A stretch of 52,946 nucleotides of DNA from a virus (lineage: Duplodnaviria > Caudoviricetes): the IMG/VR virus record IMGVR_UViG_3300020129_000041, positions 1 to 52,946 of that record. One strand, written 5' to 3'. Position 1 is the first letter of the stretch, and each line of letters opens with the position of its first letter. The position numbers and the translations under genes are program-made. This document shows, one piece after another, positions 46,446-52,946 of the stretch. The notes under the pieces are model-generated. The model did no database searches, had not been told where the DNA came from, and worked only from the letters and a program-made list of their open reading frames with translations.

Positions 46446-46538
46446 GACGCCTCCGATAAGGCAGGTGAAGGTGCCGGTAAGCCCCGTATCGGCGGGGCAG
46501 GCGCGCTCGTTGCAGACGCGCTTGTCCCGGCATTGAGA

Positions 46539-46835
46539 CTATACGCGCAGCTGGCTGCGCCAGCGCGTTTTAGGGCTCCCGAATTTGTCGGTTTCGTAGC
46601 CCGCTGGCTCGATGATCTTCTCCCGCTCGGCGCGCTTCATCACATGGCCCCAGGCGCGCTTGTCCGGCGGCGGGATGAAACCATCGGCCTCAGCCATGCC
46701 ACGTACGTGCTCAGTGCGGAAATAGGGCTGGACCATAGCGTGCAACTTGACATAGCCGAGAGCTCTGTCGGACCAGGCTTCGCAGACGTGGTCGGCATGG
46801 TCGGTATGTAGTATCGGAATCTCAAGTTGAGTCAT
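46539..46835 (-). CDS. hypothetical protein
   Basis: Coupled ORF. P.D.RAWG motif. Confidence 0.65.
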   Translation of the reverse strand: MTQLEIPILHTDHADHVCEAWSDRALGYVKLHAMVQPYFRTEHVRGMAEADGFIPPPDKRAWGHVMKRAEREKIIEPAGYETDKFGSPKTRWRSQLRV

Positions 46836-47122
46836 TGCAGCGGGTCGCTTCGTGGAATTGATTTATTCTCGGGGCCGGCTACTTTCGCCAAAGTGCCGCC
46901 GATAAACGGATTTGGCATAACGCGCTTAGGAGACAGCGCCACAAGCCGCTTGAGATCGAACCATTTCCCGCTACTGCCATCAGGATTATCTTTAACCGCG
47001 TGGGGCGTGACAACGACCTGGATGCATCCGTAAAGATCAAACGAGACCGACGTTGCTACTCCAGCGAAACCAGTAACGACATCCTTAACGTGCTTGCCCA
47101 AAATTTCAAATTCCGTTCTCAT
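46832..47122 (-). CDS. SH3-like phage protein
   Basis: LG..VKD.VTGF.G.....L.GC...WFD..RL. Confidence 0.65.
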   Translation of the reverse strand: MRTEFEILGKHVKDVVTGFAGVATSVSFDLYGCIQVVVTPHAVKDNPDGSSGKWFDLKRLVALSPKRVMPNPFIGGTLAKVAGPENKSIPRSDPLQ

Positions 47123-47599
47123 AGCGCTTCCTTTTGGTGGGTCAAAATAGTTCCTAACTTCGTCCTCCGACAGAAAATAGCGATGGCTTCGGCGCGGGTC
47201 CGTGCTTGGATCACCCGCACGACAAATGTAGCTCCGTACTGGTTGCGGTATTGCCTTACCACGAATCTCGATGGCCGTGGATCGTTCATCGCCTGCTCTG
47301 CGCCGCGCCGAGTTCAGCCTTCAGGTCGCGGAGAGCGTGCTCTGCGGCTTGGACGTAGGCGAGGGCCATTCCGTAATTGCCGAGCAGCGCTTGCTGGTCA
47401 GCGAGTTGGAGTTGCTTCTCGACGGTGATCGAATATGCCGACCAGTCGGTCATTGAATCCGCCATGCGAGGAACGCGCAGCCGCAGGCAGCGAGGAAAGT
47501 AAACGTCGCGAGCGCAGGCGAATGGGCATAGAACGCCCAGAGGCCGCTATTGGTCAGCCACAGCAGGCCGTCGACGGTGTAGAGAACGCGGGAGCTCAT
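47119..47599 (-). other. chain of three short ATGA-coupled ORFs (47450..47599, 47286..47453, 47119..47289)
   Basis: Hand-translated, 49-56 aa each, each start overlapping the previous stop. Confidence 0.55.
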
Positions 47600-47757
47600 T
47601 GAGGTTTCGCTTTCAAAGTTGGCGGCAAGAACTGATCCGCGGTCGTCGGCGTGGGGACGCGCTTCGCGGTCTTGCGCGCCTTCGCTAACTCTTCCTGCGG
47701 CAATTTCGGTGTGAGGACGCAGACGAGGATTGCTTGCAAGAATAGGCGACGGGTCAT
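47596..47757 (-). CDS. small protein with N-terminal TRRLFL and a hydrophobic stretch
   Basis: ATGA-coupled start with GGAGG RBS. Confidence 0.5.
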   Translation of the reverse strand: MTRRLFLQAILVCVLTPKLPQEELAKARKTAKRVPTPTTADQFLPPTLKAKPQ

Positions 47758-47921
47758 CGTTGCTGCCTCCGGTTGTACCAGCGCAGCCAAGAGCAGATCA
47801 GATCAACGGTCGCGGCTAGCAATACCAGCGCCGTGCCGAACATCCAAAACCAGAGCGCCCATAGCCCGATCACGATCGCGAGCACGGCGCAGATAACGCA
47901 GAAGAGGAGGTAATTCGTCAC
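47754..47921 (-). CDS. small membrane protein
   Basis: Two hydrophobic segments. GTGA coupling. Confidence 0.55.
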   Translation of the reverse strand: MTNYLLFCVICAVLAIVIGLWALWFWMFGTALVLLAATVDLICSWLRWYNRRQQR

Positions 47922-48226
47922 CTCACCCCCATGCACGCTATTAGCGGCGAGAAATCGTATCTGAGATAATGCGTCCCGCCGCCGTGCTGGTGCGGATTGT
48001 CAACCCGATGCTGGACGGCTTCCCGATCGCGGACGAGGAAGCGCCGGGGATGCCCGGGGCGGATCATGCCGACGCCTTCCACGATATCCCAATTGACGAG
48101 CTGCCCAAGGGCGCCCGCCGCCTGGTTCTTGGTCAGTTTCGTGCCGGCGATGATCTCGCGCAAGTAAACGGCGCGGCCGGCTTTGAGCAGGAACGCGCCT
48201 ACCTTTTGGACGTTCGTCGTGGTCAT
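47918..48226 (-). CDS. winged-helix-like DNA-binding protein
   Basis: LREI...T.LT..Q...AL..L pattern. Confidence 0.55.
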   Translation of the reverse strand: MTTTNVQKVGAFLLKAGRAVYLREIIAGTKLTKNQAAGALGQLVNWDIVEGVGMIRPGHPRRFLVRDREAVQHRVDNPHQHGGGTHYLRYDFSPLIACMGVR

Positions 48227-48669
48227 AAGAGGATCGCCTTCAGCGGTTCGATGATAGAAGCCATCTTTTCCGGCACCACGCGCAGTACGCGCCAGCCCAA
48301 GACCGCCGCCGCGTTGTATTTCTCAATGTCGCGCTCAATGTTCTGCGGATGACTATGCGCGCCGCCGCCTCTGCGCCAGATTCCGCCTTCGACCTCGACG
48401 GCGATCTTGCGGTCGATCCAGGCATAGTCGAAGCGCCAGCCGCGCGTAGGAGAAAAGTTATATTCGGGTTGAGGCAGCGGCAGACCGTGCGCTTGGCAGA
48501 GCAAGACAAGAGGATAGAGCGTCGGCATCGCAGCAGTAAGTGCCGCAGCTTTTGGCTTCGATAGAGTGCCCGGATACGCAATCATAGCGGCCGCCGCCTC
48601 ATGCCGCGCCAGACGCTTCTTGACCCATGCGTCGATGGTCGCGCGATCCCATCTAACCGCTTTAGCCAT
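48223..48669 (-). CDS. PD-(D/E)XK endonuclease (DUF559/Vsr-like)
   Basis: EY.F...R.WRFD.AW....IAVEVEGG, D.EKYN.A...GW.V.R motifs. Confidence 0.8.
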   Translation of the reverse strand: MAKAVRWDRATIDAWVKKRLARHEAAAAMIAYPGTLSKPKAAALTAAMPTLYPLVLLCQAHGLPLPQPEYNFSPTRGWRFDYAWIDRKIAVEVEGGIWRRGGGAHSHPQNIERDIEKYNAAAVLGWRVLRVVPEKMASIIEPLKAILL

Positions 48670-48904
48670 GACGATAACGCCTTGCTGGACGAACCGCGTC
48701 CTCATTGGACCACGTATTAAGTCTGTGCCAGATAGTTGATTCTCCAAGCCCAAACCGCCTAGCAGCTACAGCTAGAGTCATGGTTTCTCCGTTGACTGTA
48801 AGAAGGCGGCTGCATCGCCGATTGTTCTGTTGTTGTTCGGGCGTCGCCCATCTGCAATTTTCCGGGGCGATCCGCGTAGCGTTAAAATGGGTTGACGGCT
48901 TCAT
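48662..48904 (-). pseudogene. C-terminal half of an HNH homing endonuclease, retaining the HTH
   Basis: P.NCRWAT..QQ.NNRR....T.NGET.TL...A...G....TI..RL..WS. The upstream catalytic part is missing. Confidence 0.65.
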
Positions 48905-48908
48905 CTCA

Positions 48909-48943
48909 CTTGACATATTACAGCGGATAAGCGTATTGTCAAG
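48909..48943. promoter_or_regulatory. overlapping divergent promoters at the strand switch
   Basis: Inverted CTTGACA...TGTCAAG. Plus strand TTGACA-N18-TATTGT, minus strand TTGACA-N16-TAATAT. Confidence 0.65.
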
Positions 48944-48959
48944 CCTGAAAGGATCGCAC

Positions 48960-49157
48960 ATGGATGAAGCCACCCTGCTCAAGCGCTTGCGCCGTCGTTG
49001 CGACGAGGAAACTCAGGCAGTAGTCGCGGCCCAGATCGGCATCAGCCAGCAATACTTGTCCGACATTCTCGCTGGCCGAAGGAAGATCGGGCCGACCGTG
49101 CTCGATGCGCTAGGGGTGGAACGCAGGGTGACATACCAGCCGACGAACGGTAGTTGA
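48960..49157 (+). CDS. Cro/XRE-like HTH regulator
   Basis: TQ..VA..IGISQ.YLS.IL.G.R. AAAGGA RBS. Confidence 0.85.
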   Translation: MDEATLLKRLRRRCDEETQAVVAAQIGISQQYLSDILAGRRKIGPTVLDALGVERRVTYQPTNGS

Positions 49158-49185
49158 CAGCGTTACAGCTGAAGCGCAGTATAGC
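49154..49185 (+). promoter_or_regulatory. second rightward promoter/operator candidate
   Basis: TTGACA followed by TTACAGC..AAGCG, as at 48910-48933. Confidence 0.5.
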
Positions 49186-49188
49186 GCC

Positions 49189-49473
49189 ATGAACACGACG
49201 ACCACAAAGGAGCCCATGACTACCGCCGCCCACGCCGTCACCGCCGATCCTAATCGCACGACGCCGTACCTCGGCCTGTTCGGCCGTGCTGATCTGTTCG
49301 CATCGCGCCAAGCCTACGGATGGGGCTCCTGTCCTTGCACTATCTGGCTGCACGCTGACCTGGACGAGCATCAGCGCGCGGAGGCCCTTCGCATCGTAGA
49401 GGGCGCGTTCCCGGTCATGGGCTACGGCTGGCGCGTAGACGGCAAAAAGATCGACGTGTGGAGTTGTGAATGA
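49189..49473 (+). CDS. hypothetical protein
   Basis: ORF track. AAGGAG suggests an alternative start at MTTAAH. Confidence 0.55.
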   Translation: MNTTTTKEPMTTAAHAVTADPNRTTPYLGLFGRADLFASRQAYGWGSCPCTIWLHADLDEHQRAEALRIVEGAFPVMGYGWRVDGKKIDVWSCE

Positions 49474-49564
49474 TCCGCTGGCTTGCGATGCATCACGACG
49501 ACGCCGATGCGGCTATTCTTTTTCTCGCGCTGGTCGGGATCATGGCGATAGCGATGGGGTGGAT

Positions 49565-49762
49565 ATGAGAAAACTACTCGACGTGAAGGTCAAGCGCGGC
49601 TTGGTGCTGGACGAATGGGAAAAAGCAGACGCACAGAATACGCTGGATGGTCTACGCTCGTTCGCAGAGCGTCAGGAAGCGCGGCGCATAGCGGCCCAGG
49701 GCAAACCCGTCGCCGATAACGTGACCGAGATATTGCCGGTCGTGCGGAAGCGCAAGCCATGA
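49565..49762 (+). CDS. hypothetical protein
   Basis: In-frame ATG of ORF 49466..49762, coupled to the next ORF. Confidence 0.5.
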   Translation: MRKLLDVKVKRGLVLDEWEKADAQNTLDGLRSFAERQEARRIAAQGKPVADNVTEILPVVRKRKP

Positions 49763-50048
49763 GTATTAACAGCGAGAGCGTTACCAAACTGTGCGACGCG
49801 CTAATCGACAACGGTCATCCGACGCCTGACGAGATTCGCCGCGCGATGGCAATCGCCTACGAGGCCGGGAAGATCGACGGCTCGCTGGAGCAATTGAATA
49901 AATGGCTATCGGTCGCGGAGGTCAAAGCATGAGGCGTTTGCGGCGCTGGTTCCGTCTGGCATTCGCGTGGTCCAAGGCGAGCCGGACGCGCGTCAAGCGC
50001 AGCGAGGCGCAGCGCGGACGCAAGCGCACGCCGAAGGTTGCGGCATGA
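49759..50048 (+). other. two short coupled ORFs (49759..49932 and Arg-rich 49929..50048)
   Basis: Hand-translated ATGA chain leading into the YqaJ gene. Confidence 0.5.
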
Positions 50049-50965
50049 ACCGGCGCGGCTTCATTGGCGGCAGCGATATCCCGGTCATCATCGGTGTGTC
50101 GCCTTGGAAGGATCGGCTGCGTCTGTTCGCGGAAAAGACGGGCGCGATCGAGCCGGATCAACGCGAGAGTAAGGTCAAGCGCCGCGGGAAGATTCTCGAA
50201 GCCCCGATCGTCGAACTCTACCGCGAAGAGGTCGGCGAGGTAGCGATCTCTAGCGGGGGCGTCTTCAGGCTGGACGGCGAGCCGCACTTCTGCGCCCAGG
50301 TTGATGCGATCGAATCGGCGGACGGCTACGATATCCCGCTCGAGATCAAGAGCGCGAGCGAATTCACGCGCGGCAAGTGGGGGCCGAGCGGGACAGATGA
50401 TGCGCCGACCGCATATTGCGCGCAGCTCCATTGGCAACTTGCCGTGACCGGTGCGCCGCGTGGGAAGATCGTCGCGCTACTCGGGGCCGATGACTTACGG
50501 GTCTATCCGATTGACCGCGACGAGAAGATCGTCGAATTCCTGCTCGAGAAGGCACGCGAGTTCTGGACGATGATCCAGACCAATACCGCGCCCGATATCG
50601 ACTTCGATCATCCGACGGCCGGGGATACGCTTGCGGCGTTATTCCGCAATTTCAAGGCCACGGAAATACTCCAGGCCGACGATGCGCTGCGCGCTTGGCG
50701 CGACGTTATGGTCGACGCAACCGCGCTCGAGACGCGCTACCGCGTCACGAAAGAGAACGCGCGCAACCATCTGCTCGAAGCGATGCGCAACGCCGCCGTG
50801 ATCGACTTCGGCGACGGGCAGATGTACGAGCGCAAGGTCGTCAAGCGCGCAGGCTATACGGTCGGACCGACGGAACACGTCGACGCCCGCTTGAAGAAAA
50901 CGAAAGCCGACGCCGCCGCGTTGGCGCTACCGGAGAGGATCGGCAATGTCGAACGCAGCGCTTAA
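50045..50965 (+). CDS. YqaJ-like viral recombinase exonuclease
   Basis: R..FIGGSD...I.G.SP, LEIK, Y..Q..WQ..V motifs. Confidence 0.9.
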   Translation: MNRRGFIGGSDIPVIIGVSPWKDRLRLFAEKTGAIEPDQRESKVKRRGKILEAPIVELYREEVGEVAISSGGVFRLDGEPHFCAQVDAIESADGYDIPLEIKSASEFTRGKWGPSGTDDAPTAYCAQLHWQLAVTGAPRGKIVALLGADDLRVYPIDRDEKIVEFLLEKAREFWTMIQTNTAPDIDFDHPTAGDTLAALFRNFKATEILQADDALRAWRDVMVDATALETRYRVTKENARNHLLEAMRNAAVIDFGDGQMYERKVVKRAGYTVGPTEHVDARLKKTKADAAALALPERIGNVERSA

Positions 50966-51890
50966 GTCCGTCGCAGGCTCGGAAGTCGTCGTCGCCGAGA
51001 AGGATCCAAAGACGTTCCCGGGGATGCTGGTCGCGTTCAAGTCGCAGATCGCGGCGGCGCTCCCGAAGCATATCAATCCCGACCGGATGTGCCGCGTCGC
51101 CCTGACGAGCTTCCGGCTCAATCCGCTCTTGAGCCAATGCACTCCGGGCAGCGTTTTCGCCAGCGTTGTCGTGCTCGCGCAGCAAGGGCTGGAGCCTGGG
51201 CTCAATGGGCGCGCCTTCCTCGTTCCGTATAAGGACAGGTCGGGGCAGTATCAGTGTCAACCGATCCCAGGATGGAAGGGCCTCGTCGAGCTCGCCAACC
51301 GCACGGGCCGCGCATCGGTCTGGACGGGCGCCGTATTCCCCGGCGACGATTTCAGCTTTCAACTTGGCGATGATCCGCACGTCACGCACCGCCCCGGCGA
51401 CGAGGATGATCCGGCGAAGCTTACGCACGCCTATGCGGTCGGGCGCGTTCGCGGTAACGAGTATCCGGTGATCGAAGTCTGGTCGAACGCGAAGCTTCAG
51501 AAGCACCTAAAGCGCTATAACAAGGTCGGCGAGAAGCACTACGCCTATGCGAATTGGGAACTCTACGCGCGCAAGATTCCGCTGCTCCAAGTGCTCAAGT
51601 ATCTGCCGTCGAGTCCCGAGCTTGAGGCAGCGATCAATCTTAGCTACGCGGCCGATGCCGGCCAGCAAGTGACGATCAATGAGGCGATCGACGGCACGTT
51701 CGCGCCGACTACGACCAGCGATAGCGAAGCGCCGCCGACCTATGCCGAACTCGCAGAGGCGATCAACAAGGCCGAAGACAAGGACGGCGTCGATCTCGCT
51801 GAGTCGCTAATAGACAAGGCAATCGCCGACGAGAAGCAACGCATCGAGCTTCACGATCTGGCGAAAGCGCGCCGGATCGAACTCACCTAA
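50946..51890 (+). CDS. recT: RecT-family single-strand annealing protein
   Basis: LP.H....R..R, L..C...S, GLEP, LVPY, G..GL..LA.R, LKYLP.S motifs. Confidence 0.9.
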   Translation: MSNAALKSVAGSEVVVAEKDPKTFPGMLVAFKSQIAAALPKHINPDRMCRVALTSFRLNPLLSQCTPGSVFASVVVLAQQGLEPGLNGRAFLVPYKDRSGQYQCQPIPGWKGLVELANRTGRASVWTGAVFPGDDFSFQLGDDPHVTHRPGDEDDPAKLTHAYAVGRVRGNEYPVIEVWSNAKLQKHLKRYNKVGEKHYAYANWELYARKIPLLQVLKYLPSSPELEAAINLSYAADAGQQVTINEAIDGTFAPTTTSDSEAPPTYAELAEAINKAEDKDGVDLAESLIDKAIADEKQRIELHDLAKARRIELT

Positions 51891-51925
51891 CCCCGCGCCG
51901 CTGGCGCACACACGAGAGAGCAATC

Positions 51926-52249
51926 ATGCCGCATCCGCAATCGAACAATCCGCACCAAGGGCAGCACGGTATCAAGCACTACGGGGAGTATCCCGGCGCA
52001 CTTTTCCTCGACGCTGGCAGCCTGTCGGACAATGACCTGATCTACGTCGCCACGCATCCCGGCTTTGGCGGCCCGAACTGTCTCGCCGACATCCTGACCA
52101 AGGCATCGCAGGATACGGCCTACCACGCGCGCTACAACACGCTGTTCCAAGGCGTGCAGCCGAGCGTGCCTGCGGGCTATGTGGCGCCGGCCAATGTCGA
52201 GGCCGCCTGCGCGAAGTATGCGGAGTTCGTCGCGCAGAAGCACGGATGA
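51926..52249 (+). CDS. hypothetical protein
   Basis: ORF with GAGAG upstream. Confidence 0.6.
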   Translation: MPHPQSNNPHQGQHGIKHYGEYPGALFLDAGSLSDNDLIYVATHPGFGGPNCLADILTKASQDTAYHARYNTLFQGVQPSVPAGYVAPANVEAACAKYAEFVAQKHG

Positions 52250-52596
52250 CGGATATGGGGCTGCGCGAGCGGCCCCAATTACAGAGAGGGCAAACGATGG
52301 CAGCGAAGAAAACGAATGGCAAGGAGCGAGCGGTGCTGGTAACGACCGCGCATCGCGGAGTGTTCTTCGGATACGCGAGGAAGACGGACGGCGCGACGAT
52401 TGCGCTGCGGGCGGCGCGGAATTGCATCTATTGGCCGACTGCTAACAAGGGCTTCCTCGGCCTCGCGGCAACCGGTCCGGTCAGCGGTGCGCGCGTCGGA
52501 CCGCCAGCGGATATCGAGTTGCGCGATATCACATGCGTAGCCGCCTGCACGCCGGAGGCCGTTGCGGCGTGGGAGAAGTCGCCATGGAGTGCGTGA
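52246..52596 (+). CDS. conserved phage protein preceding the Gly-repeat protein (alternative start 52297)
   Basis: V.V.T...GVFFG, L..AR..IYW, LA..G motifs. Confidence 0.7.
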   Translation: MTDMGLRERPQLQRGQTMAAKKTNGKERAVLVTTAHRGVFFGYARKTDGATIALRAARNCIYWPTANKGFLGLAATGPVSGARVGPPADIELRDITCVAACTPEAVAAWEKSPWSA

Positions 52597-52946
52597 TTCG
52601 AGGCGCGCCGCCGGAGGGTTTTAACGGCTCCGGCTCCGGCGACGGCTACGGCTCCGGCTACGGCGACGGCTACGGCTACGGCTCCGGCGACGGCTACGGC
52701 TACGGCGACGGCTACGGCGACGGCTACGGCGACGGCGACGGCTACGGCGACGGCTACGGCTACGGCGACGGCTACGGCTACGGCGACGGCTACGGCTACG
52801 GCTACGGCGACGGCTACGGCTACGGCTACGGCTACGGCTACGGCTACGGCTACGGCTACGGCGACGGCGACGGCGACGGCTACGGCGACGGCTACGGCTA
52901 CGGCGACGGCGACGGCGACGGCTACGGCGACGGCTACGGCTACGGC
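52593..52946 (+). CDS. 5' part of the Gly-Tyr/Asp/Ser repeat protein
   Basis: GTGA-coupled start. MIRGAPPEGFN(G-X)n is open to the window end. Confidence 0.75.
   Translation, partial: MIRGAPPEGFNGSGSGDGYGSGYGDGYGYGSGDGYGYGDGYGDGYGDGDGYGDGYGYGDGYGYGDGYGYGYGDGYGYGYGYGYGYGYGYGDGDGDGYGDGYGYGDGDGDGYGDGYGYG
52626..52946 (+). repeat. GGC-(TAC/GAC/TCC) hexamer tandem repeat, right end
   Basis: Directly visible. Confidence 0.95.

Noticed and set aside
47596-47757. Tat signal peptide (TRRLFL)
   Set aside because: The protein is very short with no folded passenger, so the motif alone is insufficient.
48705-48959. N-terminal extension of the HTH ORF 48705..49157
   Set aside because: It overlaps the promoter and the opposite-strand ORF. 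The RBS supports a start at 48960.
52626-52946. End repeats as telomeres or terminal repeats
   Set aside because: They are in-frame coding sequence of a coupled ORF, so an assembly break is the simpler explanation.

Overview
The window looks like an essentially complete ~53 kb tailed dsDNA phage genome (siphovirus-type, high GC, probably a proteobacterial host). Both ends fall inside the same GGC-(TAC/GAC/TCC) repeat and one Gly-Tyr/Asp/Ser-repeat ORF appears to run across the junction, so the molecule is probably circular or permuted and broken in the repeat. There are two divergent transcription units meeting at ~48.9 kb. Rightward (48.96 kb to the end, then 1-6.66 kb): an HTH regulator, YqaJ/RecT recombination genes, small accessory genes, an SNF2 helicase-DNA methylase fusion, a C5 methylase and an MmcB-like nuclease. 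Leftward (48.9 kb down to 6.7 kb): replication, HNH/terminases, a protease-capsid fusion, portal, decoration/fibre proteins, an embedded glycosyltransferase/methyltransferase cluster, neck, tail, GTA-like tail tip, fibres and lysis. I see no integrase, CI-type repressor, tRNA, CRISPR array or reverse transcriptase. The two best candidates for something new: (1) a probable virion-glycosylation system at 24.8-29.5 kb, whose Maf/MptE-like enzyme carries an N-terminal copy of the small post-capsid protein and sits next to Ser/Thr/Ala-rich structural proteins; (2) at 0.85-6.65 kb, a scaffold of 21-46 bp direct repeats in identical order twice, with unrelated DNA between them, joined by 11-13 codon linker ORFs, which looks like a RecT-driven domain/gene shuffling cassette. 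All family assignments come from motif recognition by eye, not database searches.
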